Assembly: GCA_965217185.1 (NCBI GenBank)
Contig: OZ244252.1
Coordinates: 2,016,001-2,080,000, forward strand
DNA: 64,000 bases
From: an uncultured Candidatus Entotheonella sp.
GTDB lineage: Bacteria > Tectomicrobia > Entotheonellia > Entotheonellales > Entotheonellaceae
Reading direction: 5' to 3'
Shown: positions 1-10,243 of the stretch, in pieces
Layout: each line of letters starts with the position of its first letter
How positions within the stretch are numbered: position 1 is the first letter of the stretch
Program-made: the position numbers and the translations under genes
Notes under the pieces: model-generated
Seen by the model: the letters and a program-made list of their open reading frames with translations, nothing else
What the model was told of the DNA's origin: nothing
The model's database searches: none

Positions 1-1150
1 TCGTCTTCGGCCAGTGGGCGTCATCATAGGTGAAGCGCCCGGTCTCGGGATCGATGGCGGTGACCACGTCGTTGTACACGTAGTTCCACGCATCCACGAA
101 CGCGATGGGACCTTCCGGGGAGGGTTCCAGCACGAAGATGTGGCCGTTACGGGCTACGTTGACGAGGGCCTTGAAGGTACGGCCGCCGAAGGTGAGGTCG
201 GTCAGGACCGGCGGGGAAACCTCATCCCAGTCCCAGGAATCGTTCCAGTGGTACTGGTGGTGGCCGATGATCTGGCCGCTTTCGAGGTTCAGGGCGATGA
301 CGGAGGTGGTGTACAGGTTATCCAGGCTACCACGCCGGTCGCCTGCCCACGGTGCGCCGTTGCCGATGCCCCAATAGACGATGCCGGTCTCGGCATCGAA
401 AATGCCGGTGCTCCAGGCCGAGCCGCCGCCCGTTTGCCAGGAGTCAGCCGTCCAGGTCTCATGGCCCGGCTCGCCAGGGGCGGGGATCGTGTAAGTACGC
501 CACGCCTGGGTGCCGTCGGCCACATTGTAGGCCGCTACGTAGCCGCGAATACCGAACTCGCCGCCGGACACGCCAACGAGCACTTTGCCCTGGGCGGTCA
601 GGGGCGCCAGGGTCATGTAGTAACCCTTCTGGTAGTCGTCTACCGCGACTTCCCAGGCCACTTCGCCGGTCTTGGCATTGAGCGCTACCAGGAAGCAATC
701 CGTGGTGGCCACGAACACCTGGTCGCCGTACAGGCCGGGGCCGCGATTGGTCGGGTGGATTTCCACCAGATCCTCGGGCTTCTCACGTTTGTAGCGCCAC
801 AACTGCGTGCCGGTCGCCGCGTCGAGGGCGATCACCTGGTTGCTCGGCGTGGTGACGAACATGACGCCGTCGTTGACGACTGGCGGTGCCTGGTGGCCTT
901 CCACCACACCGGTCGAGAACATCCACGACGGCTTCAGGCCCGCCACGTTGCCGGTATTGATCTGATCCAGGGGGCTGTGCATCCAGCCCTCGTAGTTGCC
1001 GCGAATTTGCAGCCAGTTGCCCGGCTCGGGGTTGGCCAGCCGCGCGTCCGTTACGCTACTGTAGTTGTCGATCTGTGCCGCAGCGGTAAACGCCATGGCC
1101 AAGCTGACCATGAAGGCGACCGCGATGGCCGTAAAAGTTCTTTTGGACAT
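1..1150 (-). CDS. PQQ-dependent alcohol dehydrogenase family quinoprotein (3' end beyond window)
   Basis: Not in the ORF track. Manual minus-strand translation from ATG 1150 (RBS GGAGG) gives a signal peptide, then HSPLDQINTGNV, SGGEFGIRG, GIGNGAPW, DNLYTTS and WDWDEV motifs. Confidence 0.9.
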   Translation of the reverse strand, partial: MSKRTFTAIAVAFMVSLAMAFTAAAQIDNYSSVTDARLANPEPGNWLQIRGNYEGWMHSPLDQINTGNVAGLKPSWMFSTGVVEGHQAPPVVNDGVMFVTTPSNQVIALDAATGTQLWRYKREKPEDLVEIHPTNRGPGLYGDQVFVATTDCFLVALNAKTGEVAWEVAVDDYQKGYYMTLAPLTAQGKVLVGVSGGEFGIRGYVAAYNVADGTQAWRTYTIPAPGEPGHETWTADSWQTGGGSAWSTGIFDAETGIVYWGIGNGAPWAGDRRGSLDNLYTTSVIALNLESGQIIGHHQYHWNDSWDWDEVSPPVLTDLTFGGRTFKALVNVARNGHIFVLEPSPEGPIAFVDAWNYVYNDVVTAIDPETGRFTYDDAHWPKT

Positions 1151-1402
1151 AATCCCTCCTTGAAGAGTGAAATCGTTCCCCAACACGGGAACGTTCTTGC
1201 TTTCTTGCGATGCCAGACAGCATAGCCGCTGGCCCTGCTGCTGGCAATGAAAAAAACCGCTGCGTGGCTTGACGAAGCGCAGGGTCCCAACGGGCCGCAA
1301 GGTGCCCGAGGCTCGGTTTACATCGGTTCGGCAAGTTCGTAGAGTAACAAGTTTTGTTGGCCTGCCCATGATTCTCGACTCACAACGGAGGCAAGACACG
1401 CG

Positions 1403-2986
1403 ATGCAGCACAGCGCTGCGGTACGGAGGCCCCCCGCCGGCAAGTGGATCATTGCCGGCACCGTGGTTCTGGGCTCGTTCGTATCGGTAATGGATATCAG
1501 CATCGTCAACGTGGCGATGCCGCAAATGCTCAGCACCTTCGGCGTGTCTCTGGACGCCATCACCTGGGTGGCGGTGGCCTACAGCATCTCCGAGATCATC
1601 CTCGTCACCATGGCCGCCTGGCTCAGCACCCTGATGGGCCGCAAGCGCTTCTTCGTCTTCTCCTTCATCCTGTTCACCGCCGCCTCCCTGCTGTGCGGCC
1701 TCGCCCGTTCCCTCGAAATGATGATCCTGGCGCGCATTCTGCAAGGCGTCGGCGGCGGCGGGCTCATACCGGTATCGCAGGCCATCATGCTGGAGACCTT
1801 CCCGGAGGAAGAGCGCGGCATGGCGATGGCCCTGTTTGCCACCGGCGTGTCCATTGCGCCGGCGGTCGGCCCGGTGCTGGGCGGCTGGCTGACCGATCAA
1901 TACGGCTGGCCGTGGATTTTCTACATCAACCTGCCGCTGGGGGTCCTCGGCGTCGGCCTGTCGATACTCGTCCTTGCCGATCCGCCGCATTTGCAGCGTA
2001 CCCTGGCGCGCATCGACGTGCCGGGCATCGTCCTGCTGGCAGTGGGTCTGACGGCCCTGCAGCTGTTCCTGGAACGCGGCGAGCGCGAGCAGTGGTTCGC
2101 CTCGTCATACATTGTGACGCTAGCCGTGGTCGCCGGGGTCTGCCTGGCGGTGCTGGTGGTGTGGGAACTGTACGCCGAGGAGCCGGTCATTCACCTGCGG
2201 CTGCTCAAGAACGTGCCCTTCAGCGCCGGCATCGGCCTGGGGTTCCTGTTCGGCATCACCCTGTTCGGCAGCATCTTTGTACTGCCCCTGTTCCTGCAGC
2301 GCCTGCAGGGCTATTCGGTGATGGATTCGGGGTTGCTGCAGTTGCCGCGCGCACTGATCATGCTGGTGGTCACGCCGATAGCCGGACGGCTCTACAACTC
2401 GGTGGACAGCCGCCTGCTGATCAGCTTCGGCGTGCTGTTGATGATGGTGGGATACCTGGAAATGTCGGGCTTCGCGCTGGACATGAACTGGACGCACATG
2501 ATGACCGGCTTTCTGCTGACCGGGGCCGGCATGTCGTTCATGTTCGGGCCGATGTCGGCGGTCGTCATGCGCACCGTGCCGATTCGCTCCCTCACCGCCG
2601 CCAGCAGTCTTTACACCCTCGGGCGCCGGGTCGGCGGCAACGTCGGCTACGCCTTCGTGGCCAGCCAGGTGGATCACCGCGCCGCGTTTCACCGCGCCCG
2701 CTTGGCAGATCACGTGACCCCCTACCACGCCAGTGTGAATCAGATGCTTGATGGACTCACCGGGCGGCTCGCCAGCGGCCCCGGACTGGCGCCGGGAACG
2801 GCGGAAAGCGGCGCGTTGCAATTACTGAACGGCACCGTGACCCGCCACGCCGCCATGATGGCCTACAACGACGTGTTCTGGATGATGGGCATGCTGTTCA
2901 TTCTGACCATCCCGTTCCTGCTGATGCTCAGCCGCGGCAGCGGGCACGGCGCGCAGGCCCGCAAGAAGGCGGGACAACGGGGGTAA
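1403..2986 (+). CDS. DHA2 (EmrB/QacA) family MFS efflux transporter
   Basis: MDISIVNVAMP, ARILQGVGGG, GPVLGGWLTD and WPWIFYINLP motifs; about 14 hydrophobic segments. Confidence 0.93.
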   Translation: MQHSAAVRRPPAGKWIIAGTVVLGSFVSVMDISIVNVAMPQMLSTFGVSLDAITWVAVAYSISEIILVTMAAWLSTLMGRKRFFVFSFILFTAASLLCGLARSLEMMILARILQGVGGGGLIPVSQAIMLETFPEEERGMAMALFATGVSIAPAVGPVLGGWLTDQYGWPWIFYINLPLGVLGVGLSILVLADPPHLQRTLARIDVPGIVLLAVGLTALQLFLERGEREQWFASSYIVTLAVVAGVCLAVLVVWELYAEEPVIHLRLLKNVPFSAGIGLGFLFGITLFGSIFVLPLFLQRLQGYSVMDSGLLQLPRALIMLVVTPIAGRLYNSVDSRLLISFGVLLMMVGYLEMSGFALDMNWTHMMTGFLLTGAGMSFMFGPMSAVVMRTVPIRSLTAASSLYTLGRRVGGNVGYAFVASQVDHRAAFHRARLADHVTPYHASVNQMLDGLTGRLASGPGLAPGTAESGALQLLNGTVTRHAAMMAYNDVFWMMGMLFILTIPFLLMLSRGSGHGAQARKKAGQRG

Positions 2987-2991
2987 GGAAG

Positions 2992-3318
2992 TCATCCGAC
3001 GGTGAGCGATTTCAACTGGACGGCCAACACCTTCTTGCGCCCGCCCTTGCCGAACGCCTCGTCGAATTCCTTGATCAATCCCTGGATGGCCTCGGAATTG
3101 ACCGCCTTCTGCATCGCTTCGTAGGTCTCGAACTCGTACATCGTCATAAACCGATACTCGTCCTCGCCTTCCATGATCTGGTAGCGCCGCCCGCTGACCA
3201 CGCCGGGAAAGCGTTCCAGCGCCTTGGGCAGATGGTCCTCGTTGTACCAGCGGTTAAACGCCTCCTCCGCCTCCGGCTTCACCTTCGCCATGACGATGAA
3301 CAGCCCTTTCTTGTCCAT
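2992..3318 (-). CDS. EthD/DUF4286-like dimeric alpha-beta barrel protein
   Basis: EEAFNRWYNEDHLP...PGVVSGRRY...MYEFE pattern. Confidence 0.7.
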   Translation of the reverse strand: MDKKGLFIVMAKVKPEAEEAFNRWYNEDHLPKALERFPGVVSGRRYQIMEGEDEYRFMTMYEFETYEAMQKAVNSEAIQGLIKEFDEAFGKGGRKKVLAVQLKSLTVG

Positions 3319-4321
3319 TCTCGAGACCTCCATTCGGGTTTGAATTGGTGTGCGGTGTGTTTCCTGGCTGCGACTGCTCGGGCGCCCCGCCCTTTAATTT
3401 TCCCAACAGCTTGCGCCCGCGCCGGCGCAGCTTGGCGAACGGACCGGGAAGCCGCCGCAGGGCGATCTGGCCGGCGCGCTCTCGGACGCTCTTCCCGTTG
3501 CCCGCCAGCATGTAAACGTGCAGCTTGCGCAGCGCCGCGGCATCCTGGCCGAACGGCGCCGACAAGGCTTGGCGCTGGAACGCTTCCCACGCATTCCAGC
3601 GGCGCGCCTTGCCGTTGCAGAACAAGACGGCGCCGCCGGCTTCCTGAACCAGCACCGCGCCGGCCACCATGTCCCACAGGCGCGCACCGCTGATAACGGT
3701 CAGTTGAAACGTGCCGCGCGCCGCGTAGGCCAACTCGTAGGCGATGCTACCCGCCGAGCGCACGTTGAGGCGCTGCACCTTGGCGCCGCGCTGCACGCGG
3801 TATTGATGCAGCATCCAGCCCGGCGTGCTGGCCAGGCGCGTGCCGTCCGGCACGTCGTCCCCGGCCGCCTGCATGGGCTCGTCATTGCAATACGCGCCGC
3901 CGCCCGCATGCGCCCGGAAAATCGTGCCGCCCGGACCCTCCCACGGCACCGCGACGACCCCAAGCACCGGCACGCCGCGAAAGCACAGGCCGATGGAGAC
4001 GGCGAAGGCCGGCAGGCCGGCCGCAAAGTTCGCGGTGCCGTCGAGGGGGTCGAGGAACCACAGGTAATCGGCTGCGGGATTGACGGCGTCCTCGGCTTCC
4101 TCGCCGATGATGCCGTGGCTGGGAAAGGCGCGGCTCAGGGCGTCCCGCAGCAGCGCCTCGGAACGCCGGTCCGCCTCGGTGACCGGCGACTGCTGGCCCT
4201 TTTCCTTGAATTCCACCTCCAGGGGACGCCGGAAATACGACAGCAGCACTGCGCCGGCTTCCTGAATGGCCTGCACGCACACGGCCTCGGCGTCGATCAA
4301 TACCTGGCGATCGGCCTGCAT
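3254..4321 (-). CDS. Inositol monophosphatase family protein
   Basis: VTEADRRSE, GEE, LDPLDGTANF and WDMVAG motifs; start placed at MQADRQ behind AGGAG. Confidence 0.88.
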   Translation of the reverse strand: MQADRQVLIDAEAVCVQAIQEAGAVLLSYFRRPLEVEFKEKGQQSPVTEADRRSEALLRDALSRAFPSHGIIGEEAEDAVNPAADYLWFLDPLDGTANFAAGLPAFAVSIGLCFRGVPVLGVVAVPWEGPGGTIFRAHAGGGAYCNDEPMQAAGDDVPDGTRLASTPGWMLHQYRVQRGAKVQRLNVRSAGSIAYELAYAARGTFQLTVISGARLWDMVAGAVLVQEAGGAVLFCNGKARRWNAWEAFQRQALSAPFGQDAAALRKLHVYMLAGNGKSVRERAGQIALRRLPGPFAKLRRRGRKLLGKLKGGAPEQSQPGNTPHTNSNPNGGLENGQERAVHRHGEGEAGGGGGV

Positions 4322-4337
4322 CGTTGCGGCTTCTCCT

Positions 4338-4838
4338 TTAACCATTGGTGTCCGACGGTTGCGCGTCCGCGCGCCGCCAATCGTGAAACGCCTCGCGGAT
4401 GGCATCGGCCGCAATGGCGACGCCGAGGCTGTGCTCGGCGGTTTCCGCGAACTGCGCCTGCTCGTGCAGGCGGGCAGCGAGGGTCGCCGCCACCTCGGCA
4501 ATCTCGGCGGCGTCAGACGATTCGGCAAAGGCCCGCATGTCGGCGTCGTCCATCTCGGACAGGCAATTGCCGACGTGCTGCGCCAGCACCGTGTATTCGA
4601 TGCCGCGCTGGTACAGCTCCCGCAACGGCGGCACGTGCCGTCCCAGGTAGCACTGCCCGAAGTGCAGCACCTTGTAAGGGATGTCTTCGTGCGTCTCCGC
4701 CAGTTCGCGGCGCGCCTCCAGGCCGTGCTCCCGCAGGTAGTCCAGCACCCACGAATCCTCCGGGTCGGCACGCTGCTGATTGAAATACAGTTTGAATCGC
4801 ACCATCGACAGGCCGTTGGGTTCCGTTTCGACAATCAC
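4338..4838 (-). CDS. Hypothetical protein
   Basis: ORF with GAGGAG RBS before GTG 4838, co-oriented between the HAD and IMPase genes. Confidence 0.6.
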   Translation of the reverse strand: MIVETEPNGLSMVRFKLYFNQQRADPEDSWVLDYLREHGLEARRELAETHEDIPYKVLHFGQCYLGRHVPPLRELYQRGIEYTVLAQHVGNCLSEMDDADMRAFAESSDAAEIAEVAATLAARLHEQAQFAETAEHSLGVAIAADAIREAFHDWRRADAQPSDTNG

Positions 4839-4860
4839 CGCGCTACTCCTCACCGTTAGC

Positions 4861-5556
4861 TTAGGCGTCGAGCCCCAGGTATTGCAGCACCGCCTGTTGG
4901 TCACTCAGATCGACAAAACAATGGTCCGGCGCATGGGCTTGCAGCTCTTCGAGGGAATAATTGCCCGTCGCCACCGCCACGGCCTGCACCCCGTGCGCCC
5001 GCGCGCAGTCAATGTCGCGCGGCGTGTCGCCGATCACAAAGATACGCTCCGGCGCGATGTAGGTCACGCAGTACTGCCGGGCGCGAAGTTGGGCTACCGG
5101 CACCAGGGCCTTGCGGTCCTCGTTGTCGCTGCCGTAGGCGCCGATGCGGAAGTAGTGCAGGATGCCGAACGACTCCAGCTTGAGTTGTGCGCCGGTCACG
5201 ACATTGCCGGTCAGCAGCCCCAGGACAACGTTCTCGTTGGCCGCCATGGCGTCAAGCAACCCCGGCAGCCCCGGCTTGAGGTGACGCGGACGGTCGGACT
5301 CGTTCAGGGTGTCCTTCAGATGGCCGGCGTAACAGTCGTAAAACGCCTTCAAATCGCGCTGTGCCGGGTCGATGCCGGCCGTATCCCAGGCTTCCCGCAG
5401 AATCGCCGGATCGGTCTTGCCGGACATCTCGATGCCGGCAAAGGCGTCGGCAACGCCGTGGATTTCTTCGAAGGCTCTGCCCATGGCATCCCCCCCTGCG
5501 AGGCCGGTGCTCACGAGGGTGCCGTCGATATCGAAAAGGATGAGGGTCATGCTCAC
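4861..5556 (-). CDS. HAD-superfamily hydrolase (phosphoglycolate phosphatase-like)
   Basis: LFDIDGTL, LTGN and IGDTPRDI motifs. Confidence 0.92.
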   Translation of the reverse strand: MSMTLILFDIDGTLVSTGLAGGDAMGRAFEEIHGVADAFAGIEMSGKTDPAILREAWDTAGIDPAQRDLKAFYDCYAGHLKDTLNESDRPRHLKPGLPGLLDAMAANENVVLGLLTGNVVTGAQLKLESFGILHYFRIGAYGSDNEDRKALVPVAQLRARQYCVTYIAPERIFVIGDTPRDIDCARAHGVQAVAVATGNYSLEELQAHAPDHCFVDLSDQQAVLQYLGLDA

Positions 5557-5602
5557 CGGATTTCCTCCTAAGGGGTATAAGAGACATCCCTAACCTTCCT
5601 TA

Positions 5603-5651
5603 AATCAATCACTTGTCCCGCATAAAGGTCATTTGTCCGCGTTATTGTCCG
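5603..5651. promoter_or_regulatory. Putative att arm: IHF site plus arm-type repeats
   Basis: AATCAATCACTTG at 5603-5615 matches WATCAANNNNTTR; TTGTCC(C)G occurs three times at the integrase 3' end. Confidence 0.45.
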
Positions 5652-6701
5652 TGTTGCGGCCTGAACAGCCGCTCCGCATAGGCGCGCTGGTCCGATTCCG
5701 TCACGATGTTGTAGCGGTCGAACATGGCGCGCGACTTGTGGCCCGTGATAGAGACATCATGACCTTTTCGGGGATGCCTTCGAGGGCCATGCAACGCGCC
5801 GCACCGCGACGCAGACTGTGAAACCGCCGATGCCCCAGCCCGGACTGATGACAAGCCTTGAGCCAAACTTCATAGAAATTCTTGAGTTGATGTCCGTTGC
5901 GATGGAAAACGTGGAGAGCAAGTGCCCGCCCTATCTTGCGGCTCTGCCACCGCCGCTCGATCAGCGCCGCCAGCTCCCCTTGCAGTACTAAGACACGGAC
6001 ATCCCGCCCCTTATTTTGTGCCGGCTCCATCCGGACCACAGCACCGGAACGGTCTACATTATTCCACTGAAGGCCGACGATTTCACCTTTCCGCCAGCCT
6101 GTCAGGAAGCCAAACAGAACGACATCCCTCAGATATTCGGGAAGGTGCGGGAGCAGCAGGTTGACTTCCTCACGGGTGAAAAATTCGTTGCACACCCCCA
6201 GTTCCGGCAAACGCTGGATGGACGGTTTCCTCGAAACGAGGTCATGCTGGTATCCGAGACTGAAAGCCCTGCGTAGGACGTTCATTTCTCGGTTGATCGT
6301 TTCGGGTTTGCGTCCCGCCCGCTGTCTGGCTGCCATGTACTGGCTGCCATGTAATGGGTAATAACTAGGCCGGTACAGGCGTCAACCGTGTATCCAGCAA
6401 AACACTGACGCAACCGCCGCAATATCGAGCCGTTGGCTGGGCTTGTACGATTCTTGAGCTGGTATTCTTGCTCAACCAGATCAAACAGGTCCTGCATCAT
6501 GACGACCCGTGTTACCGTCCGTGTTGGCAGAAGCTGATGAGGAACCGTGCCCGCCGCCACCTCTCCGATGCGCTGCCGCAATAACCTGACCGCATCTTTA
6601 CGCTCCCGCGACTTCGACGACTCACGGTATTCCCGTCCGTTGCAATCGTACGCGACCCACCAAATCGAACCGCGTTGGAAAACTCTTCCATTACCTCGCA
6701 T
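5642..6701 (-). pseudogene. Tyrosine recombinase/integrase with two frameshifts
   Basis: MRGNGRVFQRG N-terminus, TGWRKGEI, FHSLRR and GHKS..MFDRY motifs spread over three frames. Confidence 0.88.
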
Positions 6702-7056
6702 GCTGCCTCCTTTGCAGGGGCAGTGCCGCGGCCATTTTAGCCGCCTGATGCTCGGCAATCCATTCTTCCAGACCACGGGCTGAAAAACGGTGGACTCTGC
6801 CTATCTGAAAGGCGAAGGGCAGCGATTCGATATTGTCGCGTACCCACTTGGTGGAAGTGCCGAGGCGGCTGGCGATTTCGTCGGTGTTCAGGAGGTAATC
6901 GGTCTCGGGAAGGACGGTTCGTTGTTGGAGTGCGAGGATGCGGGCGTACAGGGCCCTTTGCAGGGCGGCGGCAAGAGGCAGCAAGTTCACGATGTCGTCA
7001 GCTTCATAGCCGGGTATCTCAGCGAGCAGCCTCTGAAGTTGCTGTCCTGGGGACAT
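6691..7056 (-). CDS. Excisionase-like helix-turn-helix protein
   Basis: LLNTDEIASRLGTSTKWV...RFSARGLEEWI; overlaps the integrase start. Confidence 0.75.
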   Translation of the reverse strand: MSPGQQLQRLLAEIPGYEADDIVNLLPLAAALQRALYARILALQQRTVLPETDYLLNTDEIASRLGTSTKWVRDNIESLPFAFQIGRVHRFSARGLEEWIAEHQAAKMAAALPLQRRQHAR

Positions 7057-7151
7057 CGTTCCCCTTCTATCTATCAGCTTGTCTGCGTCGCATTTTCCTA
7101 TGAAGAGCATCCTGTAGGTAGGGGTATTGGTCTCGTTAGAGTGATTTGCCT

Positions 7152-8638
7152 GAGCCTTTTGCAAAACTGTGGAGTCGTCGGGGATTATTGAGGGTAAGAG
7201 GTTGACTTGAACGGGACAGGCTGTCTTTGCTTCATGTCATGTATTGTGCGACCACCACGTGAAGGAGAAAACGGCCATGTCCCTGCGTACGATCCTATCG
7301 AATTACGGCTTCGCCTTGCAACGAGAGCTTTTCCCCACGCTCGAAGAAGAACTCGGTCCCTTGGGCGAGCGCTACGAGTTATTCGTCACGGTACTCGGGT
7401 TCGTACCGGTTGAGCCATTCCTGACGTGCTGGCGTGGCTTGCCGGGGCGCCCGCAGGCGGATCGTGCGGCGCTGGCACGAGCCTTCAGCGCCAAGGCGGT
7501 GTTCGCCATCTCGACCACCCGCGCGCTCGTTGAGCACCTTGTCATCGACCGGCCGCTGCGTCGCCTGTGCGGCTGGAGCCAGGGCGCGGCGGTCCCCAGC
7601 GCGGCGACCTTCGCGCGGGCCTTCAGCGACTTCGCTGACAGCGCCTTGCCAAGCCGCCTGCACGAGGCGCTGATCGACAAGACCTTGCGCGATCATCTGG
7701 TCGGCCACGTCTCACGCGATTCGACGGCGATCTTGGGGCGCGAGAAGCCAGCCCCGAAGCCGCACCAAGCGGCTACGCCGAAACGCCGCCGCGGGCGACC
7801 GCGCAAGGCTGAACAACGACCGAACAAGGCGCCCCGAAGGCTGGCGCGCCAGTCCAACATGATCCTGCCGGAGAGGCTCGCCGACCTGCCACGCACCTGT
7901 GATGTTGGCGTCAAGCGGGACGCCAAGGGACATCAGGAATCATGGAACGGCTACAAGTTGCATATCGACGCAGCCGATGGCGGCGTTCCACTCAGTTGCA
8001 TCCTGACCTCGGCCTCGTTGCATGACAGCCAAGTGGCGATTCCCCTGGCGACCCTGACGGCCGCACGAGTCACCAACCTCTATGACCTGATGGACTCGGC
8101 TTGTGACGCGCCCGAGATCAGAGCGCACCGTGAGTCGCTGGGGCATGTTGCAATCATCGACGCCAATCCCCGCAGTGCTTCGCGTAAGCTGGAACGCAAG
8201 ACCGCGGCGCGGGCGCAGCGTACCGTCGGCCACGTGTACGCCGAGCAGTTACGCTACCGTGAGCGCACCACCGTCGAGCGTGTCAAGGGTCGTCTCAAGG
8301 ACGAGTTCGGCGCTCGCCAAGTCCGCGTGCGAGGTCACGCCAAGGTGCTGTGCCACCTGATGTTCGGCATTGTGGCGCTGGCGGTGTCGCAGTTGATGCG
8401 CCTGTTGAACTGAAACCGACTTGCTTCCACCCCTCACCTCTTGCAGGCGTCCTGTCTCGGCAGGGCCACACCGGACAGGTTTGCTCATACACCGTCAAGG
8501 AAACCTCATTGTCGCTGGATTGTGGCCGCTGAGAAGTGCTGCAGATGCCCTGACGACGTATCCGATGCCGAAACATCCCCAAATATCAAATCCGAATACT
8601 TCGCTCTCGACGTTCCGTTAGGGTTTTGCAAGTGGCTC
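7152..8638 (+). mobile_element. IS5/IS1182-like insertion sequence, copy 1
   Basis: Terminal IRs GAGCCTTTTGCAAAAC / GTTTTGCAAGTGGCTC around a DDE transposase. Confidence 0.88.
7277..8413 (+). CDS. DDE transposase (IS5/IS1182-like)
   Basis: SRDSTAI, GYKLH, LMDSA and RTTVER motifs. Confidence 0.9.
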   Translation: MSLRTILSNYGFALQRELFPTLEEELGPLGERYELFVTVLGFVPVEPFLTCWRGLPGRPQADRAALARAFSAKAVFAISTTRALVEHLVIDRPLRRLCGWSQGAAVPSAATFARAFSDFADSALPSRLHEALIDKTLRDHLVGHVSRDSTAILGREKPAPKPHQAATPKRRRGRPRKAEQRPNKAPRRLARQSNMILPERLADLPRTCDVGVKRDAKGHQESWNGYKLHIDAADGGVPLSCILTSASLHDSQVAIPLATLTAARVTNLYDLMDSACDAPEIRAHRESLGHVAIIDANPRSASRKLERKTAARAQRTVGHVYAEQLRYRERTTVERVKGRLKDEFGARQVRVRGHAKVLCHLMFGIVALAVSQLMRLLN

Positions 8639-8642
8639 GGAG

Positions 8643-10120
8643 GAGCCTTTTGCAAAACTGTGGATGCAGGGGAGTTGTTGAGGGCAAGAGGTTGAAGTAA
8701 CGGGACAGGCCGCCTTTGCCTGAAATCATGTGTTGTGCAACCACTACATGATGGAGAGAACGGCCATGTCCCTTCGTGAAATCCTGTCGAATTACTGGTT
8801 CGTCTTTCAACGGGAGCTTTTCCCTGCGCTCGAAGAAGAGATCGGTCCCCTGGGGGAGCGCTACGAGTTGTTCGTCACGGTGCTCGAGTTCGTGCGGGTT
8901 GAGCGATTCCTGACGTCTTTCCACGCCCTGCCAGGACGCCCGCAGGAGGACCGAGCGGCGCTGGCGCGCGCCTTTATCGCCAAGGCGGTGTTTCAACTCC
9001 CGACCACCCGGGCTCTGATCGAGCGGCTGGCAGTCGACCGACCGCTGCGTCGCTTGTGCGGCTGGAGTCGTCTTGGGCAGGTCCCGAGCGCGGCGACCTT
9101 CTCTCGCGCTTTTAGCACCTTCGCTGACAGTGCCTTGCCGAGCCGCCTGCATGAGGCCCTCATCGAGAAGACCATGCAGGGTCATCTGGTCGGCCACGTG
9201 TCACGCGATTCGACGGCCATCAAGGGGCGCGAGAAACCGACGCCGAAGCCGCCGGCCAAGCCGAAACGGGGGCGTGGCCGACCGCGCAGGGGCGAGCAAC
9301 ACCCGAGCACCGCCGTCTGCAACGTCAGCCGCAGATGACCCTGCCGCAGATGCTCGAGGACCTGCCACGCGCCTGTGACGTCGGCGTCAAGCGCAACGCC
9401 AAGGGATATCAGGAATCCTGGGTCGGCTACAAGCTGCCTATCGACGCAGCCGATGGCGCCGTTCCGCTCAGTTGCATCCTGACCTCGGCCTCGCTGCATG
9501 ACAGCCAGGCTGCGATTCCCTTGGCAACCCTGACGGCGGCACGGGTCACCAATCTCCATGACCTGATGGACTCAGCCTGTGATGCGCCCGAGATCAGGGC
9601 GCACAGCGAGTCGCTGGGGCATGTTGCGCTCATCGACGTCAATCCGCGCAATGCCGCGCGCAAGCTGGAACTGAAGACGGAGACGCAGGCACAACGCGCC
9701 GCCGGCCACGTGTACCCCGAACACCTGCGCTACCGTGAGCGCACGACGGTCGAGCGGGTTAACGGTCGGCTCAAGGATGAGTTTGGCGCCCGCCAGATAG
9801 GCGTGCGCGGGCACGCCAAGGTGCTGTGCCACCTGATGTTTGGCATCCTGGCGCTGACGGTGACACAGTTGCTGCGCCTGCTAAACTGACCTCGACCTGG
9901 TGCCATCCATCTATTGCAGGCTGCACGCTCTCCTGGCAGGGGAGTCACGGGACAGCGTTGTCCGCACACCGCAACGGATGCCGAATCGTCTGTGGATTTT
10001 GGCCAACTTGCAACACCGGAGCCGTCCTGGCGGCGTATCCGGCGCAGAAATGTTACCAAATCGTTGCTTTTTTAACGTCTGCCGCTCGCTCCTGACGCTA
10101 CAGGGTTTTGCAAGTGGCTC
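8643..10120 (+). mobile_element. IS5/IS1182-like insertion sequence, copy 2
   Basis: Same IR family; begins 4 bp after copy 1 ends. Confidence 0.87.
8766..9889 (+). pseudogene. DDE transposase, frameshifted near 9300
   Basis: ORFs 8730-9338 and 9335-9889 are the N- and C-terminal halves of the copy 1 homologue. Confidence 0.87.
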
Positions 10121-10243
10121 GGTGAATCGGATTGCTCAGTCGTCACACCGCCGAGCGGCGACACTCGGTGACAGACTGAGAGGCAACATGACCGCCCCGA
10201 TATGAAGCTGGGAAGCCGAGGCGCTTCGACTTGCATGACATTC

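Noticed and set aside
14..1225. 403-aa plus-strand ORF
   Set aside because: Antisense shadow of the PQQ dehydrogenase on the minus strand.
4322..4834. N-terminal extension of the 526-aa IMPase ORF
   Set aside because: It overlaps a separate gene in another frame; IMPase similarity and the RBS begin at 4321.
5560..5640. tRNA at the integrase attachment site
   Set aside because: No cloverleaf or T-loop consensus found.
10135..10180. Imperfect hairpin between IS copies 2 and 3
   Set aside because: Single copy with no recognisable family; insufficient support.
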